Source: Terriglobia bacterium
GTDB taxonomy: Bacteria > Acidobacteriota > Terriglobia > JAJPHL01 > JAPKYU01
Direction of reading: 5' to 3'
DNA length: 64,000 nucleotides
Assembly: GCA_965223005.1 (NCBI GenBank)
Contig: CBDCVK010000010.1
Location: forward strand, 1,408,001-1,472,000
The translations under genes were made by a program, and so were the position numbers. Of this stretch, positions 9,169 to 18,485 are shown piece after piece. The notes beneath the pieces were generated by a model. That model saw only the letters and a program-made list of their open reading frames with translations. It was not told where the DNA came from and did no database searches. The stretch's first letter is position 1. Every line of letters begins with the position of its first letter.

Positions 9169-10146
9169 TTAGTGGATGGCCACAGGATTGCCTGGCGAGC
9201 CCGTCGCCCCTTTCAAGCGCAGCGGCGCAAAGACGAAGGCGAACTCGTAGACCTTGTCCCGCGCCATGGCTGAGGTATCCAGATTCTCCAGCGTATGGAT
9301 CCCGTTTTGGGTGATCAGGATCTGGTGCGCGGGAAAGATCAAGTCGGGATCTGGATTCGGCGACACTTCCACGCTCCAATTGTCTGCTCCGACCAGGACG
9401 ATCTGCTTTTGCACAAGGAATTTGGCTGCCGAGACGCCAATACCGGGCTGGCCACTGTTGTACATCTCGTTATCCACGTTCCAGTAGCTGCCAAAACCTG
9501 TGTGAATCAGCACCATGTCCCCGGGACGAATTTCCAGGTCTTGTTGACGGAGCGCCTTTTGGAGATCCTCTGCGGTAATCTCATGCCCTCTCTCCAGCCG
9601 AGACTTCCCCTTCAGCGCGGCAATGTCGAGCAGCACACCCCGGGTGAAAATGGCGCCCACGTTTTCAACCCCCAACCGGGTTAGCCCCGACGGGGTGATA
9701 AACTCGTCTCCCTTCAGACCGTTGTAAAAAACCCCGTCAATTCCAACGTGTCCCAGGCCATCGAACTGCGTGCCAACCTGGCCGATCTGCGTGGCTACAA
9801 ACTCGTCGTTTCCGACGATTCGGTTTTTCCCGATGGGCGGATCCGAGCGGGGAATGAGCAGCGTGAAAGAGCGTGTGCCGAAAAGCGGCATGCCCTCCTC
9901 GTAGACTCTGCCCAGTGAATAGACACGGCCCTTCTTGATGAGCTTTACCGCTTCCAGAACCTTCTGGGGCGTGAGCCGGTTGGCTGCGCCCCGCTGATCG
10001 TCTTTACCCCAAGGAGAAGAGCCCGGCTTGGGCGGCTGGGGCAAATCCCCGGCGGCCGAACGGCCGGAGAAGCCAGCGGCAAGGCAAATGGCAGCTAAAA
10101 CGAAGAACACGCGCTTTGTGATGGATTGCGTGATTCGGTGCATCAT
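9169..10146 (-). CDS. Exported cyclase-family (kynurenine formamidase-like) metallo-amidohydrolase
   Basis: Signal peptide; WGKDDQRGAANRLT, QVGTQFDGLGH, TRGVLLD, GDMVLIHTG, GADNW, LENL, GATGSP. Confidence 0.85.
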   Translation of the reverse strand: MMHRITQSITKRVFFVLAAICLAAGFSGRSAAGDLPQPPKPGSSPWGKDDQRGAANRLTPQKVLEAVKLIKKGRVYSLGRVYEEGMPLFGTRSFTLLIPRSDPPIGKNRIVGNDEFVATQIGQVGTQFDGLGHVGIDGVFYNGLKGDEFITPSGLTRLGVENVGAIFTRGVLLDIAALKGKSRLERGHEITAEDLQKALRQQDLEIRPGDMVLIHTGFGSYWNVDNEMYNSGQPGIGVSAAKFLVQKQIVLVGADNWSVEVSPNPDPDLIFPAHQILITQNGIHTLENLDTSAMARDKVYEFAFVFAPLRLKGATGSPGNPVAIH

Positions 10147-10200
10147 TACCTCCTGGTAAGCTACCTCCTGGACCTCCTGGTAGGCTACCTCCTGATAGGC
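10147..10200 (-). repeat. Four tandem copies of a Shine-Dalgarno-containing unit (CAGGAGGT)
   Basis: acctcctg occurs four times directly upstream of the cyclase start codon. Confidence 0.9.
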
Positions 10201-10281
10201 TGCGGTTCCTGTCCCGCAGTTGGTATGCCCGGGTGCCGCTCACACGCAGCCTGTCCCGGGCAAAGGATCGATCCCTCGGAT

Positions 10282-11250
10282 TTACTGCGCCCAATAAGCA
10301 GGGCCTGGCTGCTCGTGGATGAGAGTCCGTTGCAGGAACTCGACCGCCTTTCGCAACCCCTCTTCGGCCGACATCAGGCTGTCCTCATGTTCGATGCTCA
10401 AGACAAAATCGTAGCCCACCATGCGCAGATGCCCGATGATGTTGTTCCAAGTCAACTGGTCGTGCCCATAGCCGACGGTACGGAAAATCCAGGAGCGGTT
10501 GAGCTCATCGGTGAGGGGTTTGGGATCGAGAATTCCGTTGACCGAAACCACGTGGGGATGAAGACCTGAATCTTTGGCGTGAACATGATAGATGGCCTCC
10601 CGGAGCTTGAGGATCACGGCGCAGATATCTGATCCTTGCCAGAACAAATGGCTCGGGTCCAGATTCGCCCCAATGGTGGGCCCAATCGCGTCCCGCAGTT
10701 TCAGTAGCGTCTCGGCGTTGTAAACCACGCAATTGGGCACCATTTCAATCCCCACTCGAACTCCGTTTGCGTCGGCGATTTTGGCGGCTTCCCTCCAATA
10801 GGGAATCACCTGCTCATTCCATTGCCACTCCCAGGCACGGTAAAAATCCTCCGGCGGCAACGGGGCGGTGATCCAACTGGGCACTTGGGCCTGGGGGTCG
10901 CTGCCCGGACAGCCGCTCAAGGTGTTGACCTGCTGCACATCCAGCTTTCTGGCTAGCTGGCAGCTCTTGACGAAGTCCTCGTGATGAGGCTTGGCGATTT
11001 TAGGGTTTGGGTGCAAAGGGTTCCCATGACAGCTCAAGGCGCTGATGATAAATTTGCGGTCCGCGACAGCCTTTTTCAGCCGTTTCACAGCGGCGTCGTC
11101 GTTAACGAGCTGGTCGGTTGGGAAATGCGCAGTCGTTAGATACGCCCCCGACCCGAATTCCACCGCTTCCACTCCCAGCGACTGTAGGAAGTCCAAGGTC
11201 TGTTCCAAAGGTTGGTTGCCGAACAACAAAGTCAGCACGCCCAGTTTCAT
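10282..11250 (-). CDS. Sugar phosphate isomerase/epimerase (xylose-isomerase-like TIM barrel)
   Basis: ISALSCHGNPLHP, SGCPG, EM.P, NLDPSHLFWQG, HVHAKD, SIEHED; GGAGG upstream of ATG 11250. Confidence 0.85.
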   Translation of the reverse strand: MKLGVLTLLFGNQPLEQTLDFLQSLGVEAVEFGSGAYLTTAHFPTDQLVNDDAAVKRLKKAVADRKFIISALSCHGNPLHPNPKIAKPHHEDFVKSCQLARKLDVQQVNTLSGCPGSDPQAQVPSWITAPLPPEDFYRAWEWQWNEQVIPYWREAAKIADANGVRVGIEMVPNCVVYNAETLLKLRDAIGPTIGANLDPSHLFWQGSDICAVILKLREAIYHVHAKDSGLHPHVVSVNGILDPKPLTDELNRSWIFRTVGYGHDQLTWNNIIGHLRMVGYDFVLSIEHEDSLMSAEEGLRKAVEFLQRTLIHEQPGPAYWAQ

Positions 11251-11268
11251 CGAAGCCTCCGCCATTCA

Positions 11269-11314
11269 GTTGTAGACCGCAGCGTCTTCTACAACAGGAT
11301 TGTTCCATTGTCAA
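11269..11314 (-). promoter_or_regulatory. Putative sigma70 promoter with overlapping inverted repeat
   Basis: TTGACA-N17-TAGAAG on the minus strand; GTTGTAGA-N11-TCTACAAC (11269-11295) overlaps the -10. Confidence 0.55.
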
Positions 11315-11499
11315 CACGAGCCCCGGAAGCGCCCCGTAGGCGCCCGTAAGCCCCCCGTAAGCAACGTCAGGCTGCTGCGGCAATCGGGCTCCAGGGAGGT
11401 TGCGCCCTGCGAATGGTCTGGAACGAGCTGGGTTCCGCTCGGAGGATGCCGACTCGCTCCGCGGAGGAGGTCGCTCCCCTGCCGCCCGTCTCCTGTGAC

Positions 11500-12555
11500 C
11501 TAGCTGGACTGGGGTTTTTCCTGCAGGACGGTCTGGAGCTGCACCACGGGTTGCTGGGCGGGCAGTGCAGTGAACGCCTTCAACTCTTGAGGTCGCCCGC
11601 GCCAGTTGTCGATCATGGCCACCTGCTGGACGCAGGAGACGGTGCACCGCGGCGCACAGGGCTTCTTGGTATGAAACTCCCGGCGCAGGTCCTCACGGCC
11701 GTATGTCTCCAGGGGAACGCCGGGATAACCGCGCTGCTGGGAGCAGTAGTGCACCAGGCCGTCCTCGCAGATGTAGAGGTAGCGCGATCCGGAGCGGCAG
11801 CGCCAGTCGTTGGGCCGTCCGTTGAGGATGTTCTGCTGGAACTTGTCGAAGCGCGCGTAGCAGCGTTTGCCCAGTCCCTTGATCCGGTGGAAGACCTCCC
11901 GCTCCAGGTCCCCCAAGGGGCGGAGCTGGCCGGAGCCATCGTGGATGATGCCCAATGTGCTGGTGAAGCCCAGCGAGACGGCTCGCCGGGCCACCACCTC
12001 ACCGTCTTCCGGGTGGCGAATGCCGCTGCCGATCACCGAGTTGATGTTGACCCCGAATTCGGCATGCTCCGCCAGCAGTTGCAATTTCTTGTCCAGCACC
12101 TTCAAACTTTTCTTGGAGACCTCGTCGGGATTCAGGTTGTCAATGCTGATCTGCAGGTGGTCCAGCCCAGCGCGGTTCAGCTGCTCAATGCGCTCGGCCG
12201 TCAGCAGGTATCCGTTGGTGATCAGTCCGGTCAAGACTCCATGGTTGCGAATGCGGCGGATGACCTGGTCCAGCTCCGGATGCAACAGCGGTTCGCCGCC
12301 GCTGATAGTGATGATGGTGATACCGAAGGAGGCCAGCCGGTCAATTCTCCGGTACATCTCCTGCAGGGTCACCGGCTTGGAGTGGCTGTCAAACTCGTTG
12401 CAGTAGGTGCAAGACAGGTTGCAGCGGCGGATAGGGATGATGTGGGCCAGGATCGGATGGCTAGTGAATACCAATCCCTTGGCGATCATCCACCATTCGC
12501 GAACGCGCCGGTAGGCCGCCAATGCCTTTTTTCTAAGTCGCTTCTGCCGGGTCAT
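11500..12555 (-). CDS. Radical SAM enzyme with Twitch/SPASM-like C-terminus
   Basis: [25 protein letters not shown]; C-terminal Cys in [19 protein letters not shown]. Confidence 0.9.
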   Translation of the reverse strand: MTRQKRLRKKALAAYRRVREWWMIAKGLVFTSHPILAHIIPIRRCNLSCTYCNEFDSHSKPVTLQEMYRRIDRLASFGITIITISGGEPLLHPELDQVIRRIRNHGVLTGLITNGYLLTAERIEQLNRAGLDHLQISIDNLNPDEVSKKSLKVLDKKLQLLAEHAEFGVNINSVIGSGIRHPEDGEVVARRAVSLGFTSTLGIIHDGSGQLRPLGDLEREVFHRIKGLGKRCYARFDKFQQNILNGRPNDWRCRSGSRYLYICEDGLVHYCSQQRGYPGVPLETYGREDLRREFHTKKPCAPRCTVSCVQQVAMIDNWRGRPQELKAFTALPAQQPVVQLQTVLQEKPQSS

Positions 12556-12831
12556 TTACCCAGACACCCCCGCCTCTTCCTCCTCGATGTGCATTGTCGG
12601 CTAGTAAATCACATTCCGGCTGCGAGATTCTAAAACAAAAGCACTTTTCTGGCGTTTTGCGCCGTCCAGAGGGCGATTTTACCACCTGAGAGGCGGTTGC
12701 CGCCCAATGCCGCGAGCGCTCCGGGAGCAGTGACGCTCTAAGGGAACCGCGCAGGCTGAGGTCTCGAATCCGGGGAAAGCCCCCGGCGTTTGGATTGGCT
12801 TGACAACTCGGATTGCCTGAGCCCATCATCC

Positions 12832-12925
12832 CCTGCCAAAGCTAGGACCTGCCAAAGCTAGGCATCAAGTGACGCAAGCCGTTCGGTACAATTGAGAGCG
12901 CAAGCTGTTCGGTACAAATGAGAGC
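12832..12925 (+). repeat. Two adjacent short tandem duplications in the cytochrome leader
   Basis: cctgccaaagctagg x2 (12832, 12848); 26-bp gcaagcYgttcggtacaaWtgagagc x2 (12874, 12900). Confidence 0.9.
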
Positions 12926-12932
12926 TAAGGAT

Positions 12933-13793
12933 ATGGCGCTGACAAACGGTGGCTTCTGTGGCCGGGCCAGAAAGCTGGTCCTGATGCAGGCAGTAGCCCT
13001 GTTTACGTTTTCGGTAACCGTGGGGGCAGCGTGGCCTGGCTCCCCGGCTGGCCCGGGAAAGGAGGTCCAAAACCCGCTTGCTGGGAACCCTGAGGCAATT
13101 CAGGCGGGCAGGGCAAATTTCCGGATGAAGTGCAGCATTTGCCATGGTGTGCAAGCGAGCGGAGGGACCCGTGGGCCGGATCTGACCAGAGGGCGCTGGA
13201 CGCACGGCAGCAGCGACGCCGCCATCTTTCGAACCATCAACGACGGTGCACCTGGTACGGAGATGCCGGGGGCCGTTTTGGCAGCGGACGAGATCTGGGC
13301 GATCGTCGCGTATCTGCGGAGTTTGAGCCCTGCTTCGGCCACGCCAATTAAGGGCAATCGCGAGGCCGGCGAGCGGATCTTCTTCGGCTCCGGCGCCTGT
13401 TCCCGGTGCCACATGGTGAATGGCAAGGGAGGCCGCCTGGGCCCAGGTCTATCCCACATCTCGTCTTCGCGCAGCACCCAGTACCTCATCGATTCCATCC
13501 GTGATCCGAACAAGCAGATCACCATCCGCAACGCCGCCTGGGAGGTGACCTCGGGGTACGAGACGGTCCGCGTGGTGACCAAGGACGGCCGGCGCATCAC
13601 CGGCGTGCTTCGTAATGAAGACAGCTTTTCCATCCAGCTCATGGACCAGCGTGAGGAGATTCACGCGCTCTTGAAGAAAGACCTGCGGGAGGTTGCCTAC
13701 GAGCAAAGATCCCTGATGCCAGAGTACAGCGAGCAGATCCTGAGCGACGAGGAGTTGCAAAACTTGCTAGCCTATCTGGATAGCTTGCGATGA
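12933..13793 (+). CDS. Periplasmic diheme c-type cytochrome (copy 1)
   Basis: Signal peptide; CSICH and CSRCH; GTEMP and SLMP axial-Met motifs; start chosen at MALT by alignment with copy 2. Confidence 0.88.
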   Translation: MALTNGGFCGRARKLVLMQAVALFTFSVTVGAAWPGSPAGPGKEVQNPLAGNPEAIQAGRANFRMKCSICHGVQASGGTRGPDLTRGRWTHGSSDAAIFRTINDGAPGTEMPGAVLAADEIWAIVAYLRSLSPASATPIKGNREAGERIFFGSGACSRCHMVNGKGGRLGPGLSHISSSRSTQYLIDSIRDPNKQITIRNAAWEVTSGYETVRVVTKDGRRITGVLRNEDSFSIQLMDQREEIHALLKKDLREVAYEQRSLMPEYSEQILSDEELQNLLAYLDSLR

Positions 13794-15517
13794 GGCTAAG
13801 GAACCAAAAGAAAGATGAAGAGATGGGAGCGAGGAACTTGGAGGCGAAAACCGGCTTGAAGGCGTACGTTCTCTTCCTCTTCTTCCTCCTCCTGTGGCTT
13901 GCCAGCGCATGCGCCAATAGCGCTTGGGCCCAGGTCAGCTACGAGCGGCTGCTGAAGGCGGCTGACGAGCCGCACAACTGGTTCACCTACTCGGGCGATT
14001 ACACCGGTCAGCGCTACAGTTCGCTGAAGCAGATCCACACGGGCAACGTCGAACAGTTGGCGGTGGAGTGGGTCTTTCAGACCAGGACCCCTGACAAGTT
14101 CGAAACCACGCCCCTGGTCATCGACGGCATCATGTACCTGACGGCGCCGGAAAGTCGTGCCTACGCGCTGGATGCGCGCACCGGGCGCCTCATCTGGCGC
14201 TACCAGCGCATCCTGCCCGAGAAAATTCCCCTGTGCTGCGGCACGCCCAACCGCGGGCTGGCGGCGCTGGGCGATAAGGTGTTCCTGGCCACGCTGGACG
14301 CGCACCTGGTGGCGCTGGACTCGAAAACCGGCGAGGTCGTTTGGGACGTGGAGGCCGAAGATTACCGCAAGGGATACAACTTCACAATGGCGCCGCTAGT
14401 GGTCAAGGACAAGGTAATCGCGGGAGTGTCCGGGGGCGAGTATGGAATTCGCGGCTTCATTGATGCGTACGACGCGGAGACCGGCAAGCGTGCCTGGCGG
14501 TTCTACACCATCCCTGCTCCGGGCGAGCCGGGCAACGAGACCTGGGCGGGGGATTCCTGGAAAACGGGCGGCGCGCCGGCCTGGCTGACCGGCACCTACG
14601 ATCCGGAACTGAACCTGACCTACTGGGGCACCGGCAATCCCGGGCCAGACCTTCACGGTGGAGATCGCAAGGGGGACAACCTGTACAGCGACTCTGTGGT
14701 GGCGCTGGATGCCGACACGGGAAAGCTGAAGTGGTATTTCCAGTTCACCCCGCACGACTTGCATGACTGGGATGCCACGCAAATCCCGGTGCTGCTGGAC
14801 CTGGAGTTTCAAGGCCGGCCACGAAAGCTGCTGGCGATGGCCAATCGCAATGGCTTTTTCTACCTGCTGGACCGCACCAACGGCAAATTCCTGCTCGGCA
14901 AGCCGTTTGTCCGCGTGACCTGGGCCAAGGAGATTGGTCCGGATGGCCGTCCCGCCCAGCTCCCAAACACCGATCCGACTCCTGAAGGCACTTACGTCTG
15001 TCCCGGGATCATCGGGGGGACCAACTGGTTTTCTCCCTCGTTCAGTCCCCAGACGGGCTATTTCTATGTGGCCGCCCGCGAGCAGTGCGACATCTTTTTC
15101 AGCTCGCCGCAGAAGTACCAGCCTGGGCAGATGTTTTTCGGCAGCGCGTTACAGACCAGGCCTGGCGAGAAAGGATGGGGGGCCGTGCGGGCCATTGATC
15201 CCCTGACCGGGGAGATCAAGTGGGAATTCAAACATCACTCGCCCCCCTGGGCCGGCACGCTGGCCACCGCGGGCGGATTGGTCCTCACCGGGGACCACGA
15301 GGGTTACCTGCTGGCCTTCGACGCCAAAAGCGGAAAGCATCTCTGGCACCTACAAACCGGCTCCCCTGTGATTGCTGCGCCCATGACCTACGCTCTGGAC
15401 GACAAACAATACGTTGTCATCCCCTCCGGAGGCGCCCTTTTTGCTCTGGCGCTGCCCGATGGTATCCTCGCCCCGATGGTATCCTCGCCAAAGAAAGAGA
15501 GTCCGGGGAAACACTAA
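13790..15517 (+). CDS. PQQ-dependent dehydrogenase, methanol/ethanol family (copy 1)
   Basis: Signal peptide; FETTPLV, vicinal CC, NRG, SGGEYGIRG, WGTGNPGP, TPHDLHDWD, ANRNGFFY, GGTNW. Confidence 0.92.
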   Translation: MRLRNQKKDEEMGARNLEAKTGLKAYVLFLFFLLLWLASACANSAWAQVSYERLLKAADEPHNWFTYSGDYTGQRYSSLKQIHTGNVEQLAVEWVFQTRTPDKFETTPLVIDGIMYLTAPESRAYALDARTGRLIWRYQRILPEKIPLCCGTPNRGLAALGDKVFLATLDAHLVALDSKTGEVVWDVEAEDYRKGYNFTMAPLVVKDKVIAGVSGGEYGIRGFIDAYDAETGKRAWRFYTIPAPGEPGNETWAGDSWKTGGAPAWLTGTYDPELNLTYWGTGNPGPDLHGGDRKGDNLYSDSVVALDADTGKLKWYFQFTPHDLHDWDATQIPVLLDLEFQGRPRKLLAMANRNGFFYLLDRTNGKFLLGKPFVRVTWAKEIGPDGRPAQLPNTDPTPEGTYVCPGIIGGTNWFSPSFSPQTGYFYVAAREQCDIFFSSPQKYQPGQMFFGSALQTRPGEKGWGAVRAIDPLTGEIKWEFKHHSPPWAGTLATAGGLVLTGDHEGYLLAFDAKSGKHLWHLQTGSPVIAAPMTYALDDKQYVVIPSGGALFALALPDGILAPMVSSPKKESPGKH

Positions 15518-15569
15518 GCTACAAAGGTATGGCACAGATCAGGAGCTGCGGATCAGGAGCTTTAAGGAT

Positions 15570-16436
15570 ATGACACTGACAGGCGGTAGCTTCTGTGGCC
15601 GGTCTGGAAACTTGGTAGCGGTGCTAGCGGTAACTCTGTTGGGCTTTTCGCTCACCGCGGGGGCGGCGCGGCCTAGCGCCCCGGCTGGCCCGGAGAAGGA
15701 GATCAAGAATCCAGTTGCCCGGACCCCCGAGGTGATCGAGCAGGGCAGGATGGTGTTCCGGTTTTCTTGCAGCATTTGTCATGGTCTTGGAGCGGCCGGC
15801 GGGATGCGTGGGCCGGATTTGACCCGGGGGCGATGGGCGCACGGCGGCAGCGACGCCGCCATCTTTCGAACCATCAGCGAGGGCGTACCGGGTACAGAGA
15901 TGCCGGGCAGCGCAGGGTTCCTGCTGGAGGGACAGGTCTGGTCGGTCATTGCGTATCTGCGGAGCCTGAGCGCCGCTTCGGTCTCGCCAATTGAGGGCGA
16001 TCGCGAGGCCGGCAAGCGGATCTTCTTCGGTTCCGGTGCCTGCTCCCGATGCCACATGGTGAATGGTAAGGGAGGCCGCCTGGGCCAGGATTTGTCTCGC
16101 ATCGGCGCTGCGCGCCGCACCCAGCACCTTGCCGAATCCATTCGCGACCCTAGTAGAGAGGTCACCGTGCGCGACCCCTTCACGGGGAACATCGCAGGGT
16201 ACCAGACGGTCCGCGTCGTAACCAAAGACGGCAGACCCATCACCGGCGTGCGCCGCAACGAAGACACCTTTTCCATCCAGCTCTTGGATCAGCGTGAGGA
16301 GATTCACATGTTCCTGAAGAAAGACCTGAGGGAGGTCATCTACGAGAAAAGATCCTTGATGCCAGAGTACACCGAACAGATCCTGAGCGACGAAGAGTTG
16401 CAGAACTTGTTAGCCTATCTGGATGGCTTGCGATGA
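15570..16436 (+). CDS. Periplasmic diheme c-type cytochrome (copy 2)
   Basis: Close paralog of 12933-13793 with CSICH and CSRCH; AAGGA before ATG 15570. Confidence 0.88.
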   Translation: MTLTGGSFCGRSGNLVAVLAVTLLGFSLTAGAARPSAPAGPEKEIKNPVARTPEVIEQGRMVFRFSCSICHGLGAAGGMRGPDLTRGRWAHGGSDAAIFRTISEGVPGTEMPGSAGFLLEGQVWSVIAYLRSLSAASVSPIEGDREAGKRIFFGSGACSRCHMVNGKGGRLGQDLSRIGAARRTQHLAESIRDPSREVTVRDPFTGNIAGYQTVRVVTKDGRPITGVRRNEDTFSIQLLDQREEIHMFLKKDLREVIYEKRSLMPEYTEQILSDEELQNLLAYLDGLR

Positions 16437-18142
16437 GGACGAGCACCGATACGGAAAACGATAAGGAAAACGAAGAGATGGGATCGAGCAAGCTGGCAAG
16501 AAAAACCGGTCTTCGAATCTGTGCGTTTGTGGTCGGCCTGTGGCTGGCCGGTGCGGGCGCCAACGGCGCGTGGGCCCAGGTCAGCTATGAGCGGCTGCTG
16601 AAGGCGACTGAGGAGCCGCACAACTGGTTGACTTACTCAGGCGACTATAGCGGTCGGCGTTACAACCTGCTGAAGCAGATTCACACAGGCAACGTCGAGC
16701 ACCTGGCGGTGCAGTGGGTCTTCCAAACCGGCGCCACCGGCAAGTTCGAGGCCACGCCCCTGGTCATTGACGGCATCATGTATTTGACCGGGCAAGGCAA
16801 CCAGGCCTACGCGCTGGATGCCCGCACGGGACGCCTCATCTGGCGCTATCAGCGTACCCTGCCGGACAACCTTCTGCTCTGCTGCGGAGAGGTTAACCGC
16901 GGGCTGGCGGCGCTGGGCGACAAGGTGTTCATGGCCACGCTGGACGCGCACATCGTGGCGCTGGACTCGAAAACCGGCAGCGTCATTTGGGACGTCGTGT
17001 CCGAAGACTACCGCAAGGGGTACATCTTTACGTCGGCGCCGCTGGTGGTGAAGGACAAGGTAGTCGTGGGAGTGTCCGGGGGCGAGTATGGAATTCGCGG
17101 CTTCATTGAAGCGTATGACGCCGAGACGGGGAAGCGCGCCTGGCGCTTCTACACCATCCCCGCTCCGGGCGAGCCTGGCAACGAAACCTGGGCAGGAGAT
17201 TCCTGGAAAACAGGTGGTGCACCGGCCTGGCTGATTGGCAGCTACGATCCGGAGCTGAACCTGATTTATTGGGGCACCGGCAATCCCGGGCCCGTCCTTT
17301 ACGGTGGAGATCGCGAGGGAGACAACCTTTACAGCGACTGTGTGGTGGCGCTGGATGCCGACACGGGAAAGCTGAAGTGGTATTTCCAGTTCACTCCGCA
17401 CGACGTGCACGACTGGGATGCCGGACAAATTCCGGTGCTGCTGGACCTGGAATATCAGGGCCGGCCACGAAAACTAATGGCGTGGGCCAATCGCAATGGC
17501 TTTTTCTACTTGCTGGACCGCACCAACGGGCAATTCCTGTTCGCCAAGTCGTTTGTCAAAGTGACCTGGGCCAAGGAGATTGGTCCGGACGGCCGTCCCG
17601 TCCTGCTGCCGAACAGCGATCCGACCCCGGAAGGCAATTACATCTGCCCCGGGCTGGCCGGGGGCACCAACTGGATGTCTCCCTCGTTTCACCCGCAAAC
17701 CGGCTATCTCTATGTGCCCACCCACGAGGATTGCCAAACCTATTTCAGCTCGCCGCAGAAGTACCAGCAAGGGCAGTGGTTTTTCGGCAGCACGTTCCAG
17801 GCCAAGTCCGGCGACGAATCCTGGGGAGCCTTGCGTGCCATTGATCCACTGAGCGGGGAAATCAAGTGGGAATTCAAGCACCACTCGCCATCTTGGGCCG
17901 GTACCCTGGCCACCGCGGGCGGATTGGTCTTCGCCGGGGACCACGAGGGGTACCTGCTGGCCTTCGACGCCAAGAGCGGAAAGCACCTCTGGAACTTGCA
18001 GACCGGCTCCCCGTTGGCGGCAGCGCCGATGACTTACGCGCTGGACGGCAAGCAGTACGTCGTCATCGGCGCGGGAAGCGCACTTTTCGCTGTCGCCTTG
18101 CCTGATGGCATCGTCGCTAAAGAAGGTTCGGGGAAACAGTAG
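16433..18142 (+). CDS. PQQ-dependent dehydrogenase, methanol/ethanol family (copy 2)
   Basis: Close paralog of copy 1; LCCGEVNRG, SGGEYG, GNPGP, TPHDVHDWD; ATGA overlap with the cytochrome gene. Confidence 0.92.
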   Translation: MRTSTDTENDKENEEMGSSKLARKTGLRICAFVVGLWLAGAGANGAWAQVSYERLLKATEEPHNWLTYSGDYSGRRYNLLKQIHTGNVEHLAVQWVFQTGATGKFEATPLVIDGIMYLTGQGNQAYALDARTGRLIWRYQRTLPDNLLLCCGEVNRGLAALGDKVFMATLDAHIVALDSKTGSVIWDVVSEDYRKGYIFTSAPLVVKDKVVVGVSGGEYGIRGFIEAYDAETGKRAWRFYTIPAPGEPGNETWAGDSWKTGGAPAWLIGSYDPELNLIYWGTGNPGPVLYGGDREGDNLYSDCVVALDADTGKLKWYFQFTPHDVHDWDAGQIPVLLDLEYQGRPRKLMAWANRNGFFYLLDRTNGQFLFAKSFVKVTWAKEIGPDGRPVLLPNSDPTPEGNYICPGLAGGTNWMSPSFHPQTGYLYVPTHEDCQTYFSSPQKYQQGQWFFGSTFQAKSGDESWGALRAIDPLSGEIKWEFKHHSPSWAGTLATAGGLVFAGDHEGYLLAFDAKSGKHLWNLQTGSPLAAAPMTYALDGKQYVVIGAGSALFAVALPDGIVAKEGSGKQ

Positions 18143-18205
18143 GCCCCGAGGGAGGGCCACAGTCGCAGGCACCCTTGCTTTTCGGGTGCGAGTGGTGACG
18201 GGTGG

Positions 18206-18283
18206 GAGGGCCGGCTAGAAACCTCATCGACGCTGCGCCTGGGCAGGATATTCCGGTTCACCATCCCGGACGACAAATCATAA
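18206..18283 (+). pseudogene. Possible remnant of a histidine kinase ATPase C-terminus
   Basis: Reads EGRLETSSTLRLGRIFRFTIPDDKS*, colinear with the typical GxIxVxSxxGxGSTFxFTIP tail. Confidence 0.4.
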
Positions 18284-18485
18284 AGTCATGCAAGAAGTCA
18301 TGAAGTTATATAGTTGGCCACTGGTTGAGCGTTTCTTTGTTATACTGGGGCGGTTCTTATATATACTCCCCCCGCCTGCACTCGGCCGCAGCCTGATGGT
18401 TCCCCAGGACTGTTGAGCTTCGGCATGGGTCAAGCAACAGTTGTGATTCTCCAGAGGTTAAATTGGCGAGCCACAGAAGCTTCCG

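Noticed and set aside
9169-10146. Cyclase as a kynurenine-pathway feeder to the NAD operon
   Set aside because: It has a signal peptide and a variant QxGTQxD motif, nadA has its own promoter, and no kynA/kynU is nearby
11500-12555. Calling the radical SAM enzyme PqqE or HpnH
   Set aside because: No pqqA/D or hopanoid genes are adjacent and the motifs are not specific enough
15414-15569. N-terminal extension of cytochrome copy 2
   Set aside because: It overlaps the upstream gene; the paralog alignment and RBS support ATG 15570
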